This document shows, piece after piece, positions 26,242-37,416 of a stretch of DNA of 64,000 nt. The notes below the pieces were generated by a model, which saw only the letters and a program-made list of their open reading frames with translations, made no database searches and was not told the DNA's origin. This DNA comes from Hyphochytrium catenoides (taxonomy: Eukaryota > Protista > Hyphochytriomycota): assembly GCA_900088475.1 (NCBI GenBank), contig FLMG01000350.1, positions 1 to 64,000 on the forward strand. Direction: 5' to 3'. Every line of letters begins with the position of its first letter. The stretch's first letter is position 1. A program made the translations under genes and the position numbers.

Positions 26242-26961
26242 CTAAAGTCTGGCCTCTGCGCCATCCAAAAGGTCCACCACAGCCTGAGCCACTTGGTCAT
26301 TGAACTCTCTTTTTGTTCCGAACTGGTGCCCTTGATGGTGTTTAAAGTCCCGCCGTAGTCGAGAGTCATACTTCTGCTTGAGGTTCTCTCCTTCCGCAAC
26401 AAAAGGATCCTTTTCTCCCAAAATGTGGATGGAGGGTGTATGCAGCACGCCAGGTAATAGAGAGGCTACTGTTGGATCCTTGGCTGTTGGCAGAAAACCA
26501 CAGACCAGGATAGCGAGCCTAATTGAGGGAAAGCCTGTCTTTTGCATTTGTGCGCAGAGTAGTGTGGCGAGTGCAGCTCCCTGCGAAAAGCCGATGATGA
26601 TATCATAGGGACCGTGGACGTCGATATATTGTGAGACGTAGTTCAGCGATTCCTCCACGCCAATGTAGCGGACTGTTTGTTCGTCGTCTGACATTTCGCG
26701 ATCCCACCACTCAAAATAAGGCCCTTTACCAAACATCTCCTTTACATCTGCAGAGGTGTCCCCTTTGGCTGGATGTCTGGCGTTCAAATAGTCAAATTCC
26801 ACTCTTCTCCCCTGCTGTCTCCTTTCTAAAGCTGCCTTAATGAAGGAAACCTGGTACTTCATAACTGTGGTATTGGTGCGCCAGCCGTGCAAACACAGAG
26901 CCCGAAGGCCCGTAGAAGAACTGGACGTTCGCATCGCGGTGGCCACTGCAGACGACATCAT
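26242..26961 (-). CDS. Serine hydrolase, FSH1/OVCA2 family (intronless)
   Basis: LRALCLHGWRTN, GPYDIIIGFSQGAALA nucleophile elbow, PSIHILGEKD, H-x-x-G-H. Start may be at 26961 or 26934. Confidence 0.9.
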   Translation of the reverse strand: MMSSAVATAMRTSSSSTGLRALCLHGWRTNTTVMKYQVSFIKAALERRQQGRRVEFDYLNARHPAKGDTSADVKEMFGKGPYFEWWDREMSDDEQTVRYIGVEESLNYVSQYIDVHGPYDIIIGFSQGAALATLLCAQMQKTGFPSIRLAILVCGFLPTAKDPTVASLLPGVLHTPSIHILGEKDPFVAEGENLKQKYDSRLRRDFKHHQGHQFGTKREFNDQVAQAVVDLLDGAEARL

Positions 26962-27169
26962 CAACCTAAGCTTCAATGATCTGGAACTATTGCCGACATG
27001 GCAACTCCACCCGCGACTGCTATTCGAGATCAACGAAAGTAGAAAGTAGAAGGAGGCCTCAACCTTGATCTCATCACCAACAAAGGAATCACCTGAGCTC
27101 TTGAGCTCTAAGAATCGCTCTCCTTTCTCGTCGTAGAGCCGCCAATAATCCTGTCTGCTGTCTGAACGA

Positions 27170-27253
27170 TGTCATCCTCGCCCCAGTCATCACGTGAGAA
27201 GATTGTTCCCCTTCAGTCGTCACGTGGGCGGCCTGTCGAGGATGATGACGTGG
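27170..27253. promoter_or_regulatory. Cluster of ACGT-core elements in a divergent promoter
   Basis: cagtcatCACGTG, cagtcgtCACGTG and gaTGACGTgg within about 70 bp, bracketed by near-inverted GTCATCCTCG / CGAGGATGAT. Confidence 0.45.
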
Positions 27254-27810
27254 AAAGTAGTATACGAATAGCTATACGAACTACCCCCAAAAGCGCGGGT
27301 CGACTACAACGCACACAACCTCTATAATCACAGTTATCGCCGCTCGATTATCAACTGGCCAGTCAAAACGGTAGTGGCCTGGTAAATGGGTGAGAGGGGA
27401 AAGGTTGTCCACCGTTCTGTAACACTGTTCTATATAATAAAGCTTGAAGGGCCATTGTTCGGGCGGGAATTGGCTAACATCTTTCCCTCTTTCTGCCGTA
27501 GTAGGCGCTTCTTCCAGAACCGCCGCTGCTAGCATGCAGACTATACTCTGCTGTAACAGTGGTGGGACGAGGAAGACCAGACCTCCGGTCACCCATAGTA
27601 CTTGATGGAAACCTCAGTCTCGATAGAATTCCTTTTATAGCTTTCGCTACCCAGAGTCTTAGTGAGCGGACGTCACGTCTGCCCTCATCACTTGACCAAG
27701 CGAGCTTACCATTCGATGAGGGCTCCCCCACATGTTTGCTAAAGCTATTATTTCAAGGTGGGCCCTTGTTTAAATAGACCTATAGTGGTACGGTCCAATC
27801 GCTCGAAACA

Positions 27811-30800
27811 ATGGCCCTTCCATTGGAGCTCAAAATAGCTCAAACGAGTCGCGTCCCACAAGCATCAAGCTGGGGAGATTACGTCGAAGGGTCTCCATCA
27901 CCCCTCACATTCCACCGCGCGGACTATATAGTGCGGCACCAGGGCTGCTGCGTGGTATCTGATGAGCCTCGCTTCAAGTCTCCTTCTTTCTTACGTCAGA
28001 CAGTCCGCCAGCAAGAGAAGGTTTGTGCTTTTTGTGATTACTTGGGCTTAACTCTGTTGCTGAAAACTCCTATTTCTCTTTCTCAGATTCTCTGCATGGA
28101 CATCTCCGATGATGGCAAGTATGTAATAACTGGCTGCGACGATGGCGGAGTCAAAATCTTTCAAACTCTTTCCACGGAGATTGTTCACGAGTTCTCGGCT
28201 CACCGTGGTGGCGTCCGCGCATGTATTTTCGTGGGATCTTACAACGTCAGCGAAGGCAGAGTCGCTACGGGAGGAAGAGATAGCCAGATAAAGCTATGGT
28301 TTGCGGGGAAGAAGCCAGAACAACTTCTGGTACTTATGGCCAATCAAGCAGCAGTGACCTCTCTTAGAGTTAGTCCAGACCTGACTACATTGCTATCCAC
28401 CTCGATGGACGGTACCGTCTGTCTTTGGGACCTTGGGAACACCGATAGTAGACCAGCTCCACCTTGGGAGACGCGTCTTCAACTGCAGCTTCAGGCGCAT
28501 CCTGACGGCGTGCTAGGATGCCTATTTAAGCCGTCAGGCATTAATCTGATTAGCTGGGGTTCAGGATGTGACAATGAGATCCGAGAGTGGGACTTGTCTA
28601 CGACTAAGGGTGACTCTACCAGCACAATAAACTTCATGGACTCTTTCCTATGCCAAGATTGCGGCTGTGGAAGCACCAATCATATCAGTCTTGAGGGAGA
28701 GCTCCGCTCGACATTTTCGTCCCTTAGTCTGTCGAAGAAGCCACTTACCCTACAAACTGTAGCCACTCTGTTTCACAATGTGGGGCTTGCCATAGAGGAC
28801 GCCGACGCCGCAGGTGCAGTCGCTCAGATAAAGCTTCTGGGATATCACAGGGACAAAGATGACAGCAGCATGGTACCTTGCAACATAGAAGACATCATTC
28901 AATGGTTCCATTGTTCCAATCTTCCAGATAACCTTCAGTACTCCAGGGATTTCGCTGGTGTAACCCGAGGCAAGTGTAGGCTTCACAATGATGTCAACAC
29001 ACCGAAAGGTCAGAAGTCCTGTTCCGCCTTCAGACCTAAGCAAATAACCATGAATGGTATGTACGGGTGTGAGTTATACGCAGCATACTAGGCTACATCC
29101 AGCAACTAATACGCATATTATGCCTTTGATAGAGTCCAAAAGGGATGAGAGAATCAGACAGCTGCTGGTAATCTCTCGAAACCTGTCATCCCAGACGACC
29201 CAGGACATCTGCATAGAGGAAGCGAGAAGCAGCCGTGAAGCTGCCATACGCAAACTTCCTTTTCTGGTGTATGGGGATTCCAATGAGCATATGGCCAAAA
29301 CCTTCAAGTCAGCGTCAAGATCAGTTACTAAAGCTACAGGAAGTGGACACACAGCCGCTGTCACGCATTGCTCTTTGAGCTACAACGGGGGACATCTACT
29401 AGCCTCTGCTTCTGATGACAAGAGTATCCTTCTTTGGGACACCCAGACGCGTAGAGTTGTTCGAAAACTTTTAGCGGGCGGCGGTCAAGGTTGCGAGATG
29501 ACTTACTGCCATTTCAACAAAGACAATGAATATCTTGTAGGGTGCAGTCGCAACGGGCGCGTTCATTTATGGAGTTTGCAAGATGGACAACATCTTCAGT
29601 CAATTGATGGACACGAGGATGCAGTAGTCACCTGCCAGTTCTTACCCTTGGCCGACAAGCTATCAGTTGTTAGCTCTTCATATGATGGCAAGGTAAAAAT
29701 CTGGCAGGTTGAAGCCGGAGGTAAGAAACGCAGAGCAACCCACTTACACCAAGCTTGCTAAATACCACCTGGTTCTAGTGCCTGGGAAATCTTCGCAACC
29801 TCCGAAGGCTGTCATTGTGAGGAGCCGCAATAGCATACGTGTCACCTGGCTAGTACCTCTCCAGGGTAATCTGCCGATCAAGCACTATGTCGTGTCCTGG
29901 CAAAAGTACTACCGCTACGATAGAGCAAACTCTATCAAAGAAGAGATTCAAACAAAGGATGATAATAACGGGCTGCTCCTGGAGAACTTGGCATGGGGTA
30001 GAACTTTTGAGTTTCAGGTAGCTGCAGTTAACGAGATGGGACAAGGCGATTTCTCTGAGCTTTCCCTGCCAGTGACCACCCCTTCCTCAGGTAAGCTCAA
30101 GTGTAAGAGGTTGATACGACATGATGCGCACGAATAACTGCTCTCTATTGAAGTGCCATCCACGGTAGAGAAGGCGCCCGTCATGTACGTTCTAAATGAG
30201 ACTACAATGAGGGTGGTTTGGAAGTCGCCGGACCCAAATGGCAGCAATATCAGGAAGGTGAGTTTATCGTCTGCTTCCCGTTGTATCGCTGCTGCTCTGA
30301 CTGTTGCAAGCTGTCTACTCATGTCATTTCCTCGCTACTCGCTATCTACAGTTTATGGTACTTGTCGAGGGCGGACCCGTAAAGCCTGGTAGCGATGGGT
30401 CAGAAAGCCTAGAGATTAGCTGGGCTGATGCCCTTGACGAGGGAATGATTGAGGAAAGGGCCACCTCAAGCAGCAGAGAAGCCATTGAGAAGAGGGTGTC
30501 CGCCGACCCTATCCTTCGGGCGGCCGTGGCTGTACAGCAACGAAGAACTAGCCGAAGGAAGACCACAATGAAAAGCCCACTCCGGTCAAATTCGTCTGCT
30601 TCCCATGCAAACCTACGTTGCACCTTAGCCTGCACCGTCACTGGTCTTGAACCGCAAGGCACGTATCGGGCCAAGGTGGCGGCCTTCAACGACATAGGCA
30701 AGGGGCCATTCAGTCCACCCAGCATATCTGTGGACCTCGTTCCTTCTGCTATTACTGACGTATCCATCGGAGCAACGCAAGACCTCCAGCTAGCAATTCA

Positions 30801-31035
30801 TATTGCAGAGAGAGAACTTCACGAGGGAAGAGTATTACAGCCTCTTAATCTAGTGACACGCCCTCCTTCGCCACAGCCAGGCAGCAAGAGCACTCGCGGA
30901 GGAGCTAGCACGCAGCGGACCGGGCGAATCTCCATTCTGGATGATATACCGGACGAGCCCCACCTGACGGCAAGCAAGGGAATTGCGGGAGACGTCGATA
31001 ATTGTGATGAGCTCTCTTCTTCCATGTACTCGTGA
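27811..31035 (+). CDS. WD40-repeat protein with two C-terminal fibronectin type III domains
   Basis: Multiple GH..WD repeats (ATGGRDSQIKLW, LASASDDKSILLWD, SSSYDGKVKIW). FN3 motifs IRVTW..PIKHYVV..FEFQVAAVNEMGQGDFS and VTGLEPQGTYRAKVAAFNDIGKGPFS. Confidence 0.85.
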
Positions 31036-31584
31036 ACAACATTATTGGACCCTACGAGTGGAAAAGAAGCCCTGGGTCGTCCACCATCTGGGACCAAAGC
31101 GAAGATACTCATCAATGTGAGAATCAACAAGAAGTAGGATAGGCGAACTGATAGGCGACAAGGGAGAGAGCCGTTAACGCTCTTTGGCGCGTTGATGTGA
31201 GATTCAGGAAGTCTTCAAGTGTGCAAATGTGCAAATCGTTCTAGGATGTCTACAGTATCGTGAAATGAGGTTCTTCCGCGAGAAATCTGCATGCTGCTTT
31301 CTGCAAAGTTTATTATTCCTTGTATGAAGAGCTCTGTTACCAGCTGTAGTCTATGGCGGCATGGCACGCCCCCTCTTCTGGCACTCAAGGTGCCGTCCTA
31401 TAAGTGGACAAAGAAAGAAGTTCAGTCGGTCCTTCACTTCTTGATAGGCAGAACAAGTTGTCACTACTATTCCGTCTTGTCCTTTTGATGGCTAGACGAT
31501 CCGCGATCTGACGATAAGGTAGTCGGTGGGCTGTATCAGGCCTACGAGGTAGGGGTGGAATTCGTTACAGCAACGAGCAGTGCG

Positions 31585-34500
31585 ATGGCTGCTCACCCAG
31601 CTATTGGAGCAGCTGAGTTACAGCCCATCCCGCCTCTTGCTGCTCTGCCTTCATTGCGTCCAAGCCCCCCAGCTCGTGCTGGAACCATAACACCGCATAC
31701 TATTGCTCTCTGCGTGCTTGTCAACTTTCTTACTGATACCAGCAAACACCAATGTAGCCTTGGGGGTCTTGTTACGGCTCAGCAGCTGGAGGCTGTCGAA
31801 AGGTACCGAGGATACATCGGCGTACTGCTATGATGCTATGATCAATCTAGGCCGGTAACAAGTTATTTGCAACGATTGTTTGTGTTGTTTCTCAGCATCT
31901 CGGTCCACACGGTTCGAGAGCTATCAAACTTCCTACTAGATGAGATCGGGGCGAGTCAACGCGCAACGAATCCAACATTGAGAAGGCTGGTCGGTGAGTA
32001 CTCCTCCATTCAGGACTTTATTGTGGTAGGAATCTAATCTTTTCTTCGCAGCAAAACTCAGTCGGCACCTTGGGTAAGAATGCGCTCAGTTCGCCATCCA
32101 AAGCTGAGCCCACTAACAAGCGTGGCCCCACCTTGTATCGCCAGTTTAGATGGAGGAACGATAACAGGCGTGCTTGTGGGACTTTTTGGCAATATCCAGT
32201 CCCCTGATGATGTCTTTGATATACTTACCTGGATTGAGGTACGAATAGAGGATTGAAATACAGGTTCTTCCTCCACAGCGATACTCATCATGCCCTTCAG
32301 GAGCCTCTTCTTTACGAAGAGGAGGAGCAAGGACCTGCTGATACATCCGGCAGGTGTGCTCCTTTGCCTCTTAGGCAACTGAACCACGGGCTGACCTGCT
32401 GCCACACAGATTCCTTCGAATAGCCAAGAACAGCATGCTTGGGGCTCTACTAAGGAGGACATGCCTTGTTGCTGTGACGGTAGAGGGTCATACGATGAAT
32501 GCTCTCAGCTTGGCACAAGCACTAACCTCCTTCTCCCACTGCAGCTGGAGTTTGGTCAGCTTGTTGAACTGTATGAGGAGATGCGTATATACACCACAGA
32601 CTATTTGAGGGCTCATCAACCAACCGAAAATGAGGGCGCCGCTCTCCCTCTGCTGCCCTCCAACGTATCCGATCACCAAGTTCGGCACTATGTACATGAA
32701 CGGATAGCAGAGGAAACAGACAAGCCAGGACAAAGAGCTCCTAAAAAAGCGGTACCCCATCATGCTGAATGAATTCTTGCCTCCTTAAGCTAATCAATTT
32801 AGCAGGACTCGGAGGTGCAGAGCCTAGAGACTGGATTCCACGACCTTCCGGAAGTCTCCTTTCTTAGCTACCTCCACCATCAATATCACCGGAATCTGCC
32901 TGCTGCGACTGAGAGTCTGCATAAGTATTTTGACTACTCGCTCCGCGCCGACGGTAACCAAAAACGGCCGATGACGCAGTACGCAGTTCTTTGCCTTGCG
33001 ACAATGCATTTCCACGTAAGCACACGATCTTAGCGATTTGCACTATACCTTCACCGTCATTAACCGACCCCGCGTTATGCAAGCTTGGGCACGTACAAGA
33101 GGCACTGGCTGGAATCCAAGAGACCATCCGTATTGCCCAGCAGCAGGGAGACCATCAGTGTGTTGCGTTTGCATTAAGCTGGCTCTATCGCATCCTAGAA
33201 GCTACCGACAGCCCACAACAAGATCAGATACTCCAGCAGAGTATCCAAAGAGCAGGAGAACTCAAGATATGGAAGCTCAAAAGCTTCGCGCGCATGTCAC
33301 TGCTGGAGTCCACTTTGGTAGGCCTTCCTCTACCGAAACGTACATGACAACGGAAGGGAATCTGACTCGTACCATTAGGGAGTCACGAGAGCGGAGTCTC
33401 CGTTGCTGAATGGAAACGCGAATGTGGGTCGTTTCTATACAGCAGTTATCTATCCACAATGACCTCTGCATATAGGCTTCATGCTCACTGCCACTGGAGG
33501 TCTGGGACTATGGTCGGAGCGTGGCTGCGGAGACATCTATTAGGTCAGAGTACTGCTGCGGTTGCATGTGCCACCCAAAAACTCGATTTTCATGGTAAAG
33601 TCTTCACGTAGGAGAGGGGGTGAAGCAACGGTTGAGGAAGCAACCCTAGCACAGCAGCTCCAGAGCCCCCAACAGACTTTGAGGCATGCAGGGAAGTTAT
33701 TGCTCCTTCAATCTTCGGCCTGGGATCTCTTTGGACATGCGGCCCTGGCAGACTGCTCTCTCAACATCATGGTAATAAGTGGTATGTGGGAAGAGCCTTC
33801 TCCTGATTTAACGACTGTCCTGCGCAGATGCACTGCTATCACACCTATTCTACTGCAGACGACTTGCAGATTGCAATCAGCAAAGCTGCTGCCATGGTCT
33901 TTAAGAGTACCTCTTCCACTGACAATGCTTTTGACCTAGCAATCAAAATACTCAAGCAGGTTAGCTTCGGTACTCTCCGCATCAATCATAAGCCTCATCA
34001 GTGTTGTGGCAGGTCAAGGAGTTATATCCTTATAGTAATCACTCGAAGGGATATCAAATGCAATGCCTTCTCCTTCTGGAGAGGGCGTTGAACAGAGGCA
34101 ACTATAGCGAGGGACATCGGCTCGCCCGACAGGTACCTCTTTCCACCCTATCTTTCATGGTAACGCCTCTCATACCTCAGACAAGCAGATGCTTGCCATA
34201 GCCTCTCGCGAGCTAGACAAGACGTTCTATGTTGAAGCTGAACTTAGAATGATCCAATTACTCAGCCAGGAGAGGCGGTATGCTGAGGCCCTTCATCGAA
34301 CAAGGAATGCGCTAAGTTTCTGCAACAGCAAGGTGTGTAGTCACCCGCTGATCCGTAAATTCACCCGCCCTAATACACCTAAAATAGAATATGGCAGCCT
34401 ACGTACCAGTACTTTCCCTCCTTCAGGCGAGAGTTCAGCTTTCTGCACAGCCTCAGTGTCCTCTTGATGCATTGCCATCATTGATGACATGCCTAGCGCT

Positions 34501-35114
34501 CGCGACAAAGGGGAGCTTAAATTACGCGGAATATGTAAGCAACACCAGTAGGTAACCTGACCCGGCAAGGCAGTAACTTCGTACATCGCAGGCTGCTAGA
34601 ACTGTCCTAGCAGATGTGTACTTGCGAATGGGAGATGCTAAGCAGGCTCGCTGCGTTTTGGAAGACATACTTCCGCTAGTGCTGGAACATGGGCATGTCC
34701 TTCTTCAGGCAAGACGGCGTGAACACCGTTATCTTTATGCTTTAATAAGTCTATCCACAGGCAGAGTGTCTAACCCTGTTTGGCAAGTGCCTCTGGCAAG
34801 GCTGGAAAACGGAACGATTACTGATGGAAGATGCGCTAGAATATCTATGTGAAGCTGAAGCAAGACTGATCCGGGTTGATGCGTTCAAGAGCTTAAAAGA
34901 AGTCTACTACCTTAAGGTAATTCTTACTAGCACAGACTCATTCGTGGTGAAGAACGGCCACACAACTGACAAACTTCCGTGTGCACAGTCCCGTATCATG
35001 GATGGGTTGGGCGATATGACAGGTAGAGAGGAGTATGCAGAGAAGTTCTTGCGAATCTCCGGAGACCTCTTGAAGCAAAATACTGAGCCTGTATGGCAAG
35101 AGGTGATAGCCTAG
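31585..35114 (+). CDS. APC5: Anaphase-promoting complex subunit 5
   Basis: ITPHTIALCVLV, IQSPDDVFD, NSMLGALLRR, FLSYL..ATESLHKYFDY, QYAVLCLATMHF|..GHVQEALAGIQETIRIAQQQGDHQCVAFALSWL, followed by TPR-like exons. Confidence 0.88.
34709..34760 (+). other. GC-AG intron in APC5
   Basis: CAG|GCAAGA...CCACAG|GCA. Removing it joins LEHGHVLLQ to AECLTLFGKC..LLMEDALEYL in frame. The nearby GT at 34719 gives the wrong phase. Confidence 0.75.
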
Positions 35115-37416
35115 CCTAATACAGCCAAGTAGTGAGATGAACGCCCTATCTCTTTGATCGGTAATGGCCTACTACTTGCAAGAGGTCCTGAGCTACCGAT
35201 GAAGTGGTTCTTCTCGTTCGCTTGATACTCAAACATATTATCATACCATCACTGGCGTAGTAGTTCTTAAATACTCTCCTTCTCGCTCTCATCCCGTTGG
35301 TAGCTTTCCTCCTATCGTCAGCGCATTTTCTTCGCTTTGCGTCAAGCAGGACACTGGCGAGTTCTCCGTGGAGGTTTGGCTCGGTCTCTAACGTGACTGT
35401 AACATGATAGCACTTCAATATGAAGCCCCGGAGATGTCTTCGAGGTCTCTGCACGACATGTACGGCTGAGAGCTCCTACTCCTGACAGTTCAAACACTTT
35501 GGGCTGGAGCGGGTTCAAATGCTCTTTAGGTTGTCACCGGCATCAGAACCTGACTTCGTCTGTAGCACATGTGCGAAGGAGATTGTAGTTATCGTGCTTA
35601 CATATGCCAAAGGCCCTGTGCATTGCACAATCGTAACGCGCTGGTGATGGAAACAGTCCATTTGCCATCGCTTCGGCATATCACTCTCCGGTTGATCTTG
35701 GACTAGACTCCGCACACCTCTTGCCTTCAATGCACGACGTGTGTGGCACACACCGTAGGTAGCTCACGCTCCCTGTTAGCTTTCATAACTAGGGTCCTGG
35801 CTCAATGAGTCAATGATGACCATCGGTAAGGTTTAGTAGCTCATGACGTTGTGGTTATGCTGTTGTGGTGGTGTTGTGGCGCGCCCTACCTAAAGACATC
35901 GACAGGTCATATACTTCTAACAGACGTAAGGCCGTCGTCGCCCCATAAGCCCTGGGGCCATTTTGAGTCCGCGCAGATCTTGGGCAATCGCCAATGGCTG
36001 TTCTTAGAGCGACATATGATCTCGTGACCTCCTGCGCTGAGGAGAAAGGCTAACAGTGGTTATGGGTCCACAAAAGCCTTACGTCTGGTAGAAGGAAGGA
36101 AGCGACTGGCGACAACTAGTACTTGAAACGATTCAGTGTGGCGCGTGGGACGCCGCCACAGCAGCAGAGATAACGATACCTGTAATCACCACCACAAACG
36201 CCATCGCTACAATGTCATCATGACACTACATCATCCCTGGCGGTCACTGTTGACTCATCCAAGCAGAATTTTGGCTATGGAAGCTAATAGAGAGCGCGAG
36301 CTACCTACAGCGGAGATTGTATACATGAATGGGCCAAGCTCTGACTGCCAAAGGGCCTAGCACCCCAGTCGGGTGGTAAGGAGTCAAACCAGCGGCAAGA
36401 CTTGCAAGCATGGTACCGGAGTCTTGTAAGACCCTTAGCGGATACAATGTGGCGACAAGGGCGGATATAGCCTTTTCCCAATGTCCCCATCAAACTCTGG
36501 CTTTCTACCATTGCTCAGGGCAGTCCAGCATTTACTAAGGCAATCAGCCAAGTGGCGGGAAGTAGTAGTGACTGTTAACATTCAATGGACTCGACCGAGG
36601 CATCGTAGAAGCTGAGAAACAAGGCGAGGTAGTGAAGCGAGAGCTCTGCCCCCTGATGGACAAAACGATTCAATAGACAGACGGAGCATTGCCGCTTTGG
36701 GTGTTGGGAGTGCCATACCCGACGTTTGGCAGTTATTTTATCAAAGAAAAGGTCTAATCTATAATCATCACACCCAAGTCACAAGGTATTCATAACCCGT
36801 CTGGTCAATCGTTAATGGAACTTGGACGTGAAGCTTGCTGGCAGCCTACGACACTACTGTACAAGAACAATAAGAAAAAGCACAAGAGAGACAGGGAGAG
36901 ATGGTCAGGACAGGCAGAACATTGGCGCCGTTAGGAAGACAGAGGGAAGACAGAGTTCAGAAGAGACAACACCAGGAGGGAGACAGAGATGGCGAGCCAG
37001 ACAGTGAACTAAGAATAATATCATGGGAGGTGGTGGTGGAGAGCTTCTGCAAGAGAGAGAATTGAATGTGAAAGAGAGTCTGACAGAGGTACGGCGTGTC
37101 ATCTGTTATTCTTGTCCGTCATCTTTTGGACTTTCGAAACCAGCTCCATAAATCTTCTTCACGGCTGGAATGCAGAGAACACAAGTTTAGTGGCTCATCC
37201 TACCAGAAGTAGAGTCTTCTTTTGCAGATCAGAAAAAGTGCCATCCCGTTGCTGAGTGGGCACCTTGTAGGTGGCTCGGAGTGCGCTTACTGGGCCGAAG
37301 ACCTCCATGCGGTGCACTGGGCATCTGTCAATGGCAATAGCAGAGCAGCATTAAGTACAGCGCTGCGTTACCCTTTCCTGTATGTGCAGAGTCAAGTAAC
37401 AGATCCGCTAGGAGCC

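Noticed and set aside
34490-34600. Apparent non-canonical donor in APC5
   Set aside because: Recounting gives an ordinary TAT|GTAAGC...CAG intron in frame.
36360-36425. tRNA-like fragments on minus strand (CTTGCAA, GGTTTGACTCC)
   Set aside because: No cloverleaf: acceptor, D and anticodon stems cannot be formed.
35146-37200. Short ORFs in the APC5-NIPA intergenic region
   Set aside because: No motifs or coherent exon chain. Treated as non-coding, as are most antisense ORFs in the track.
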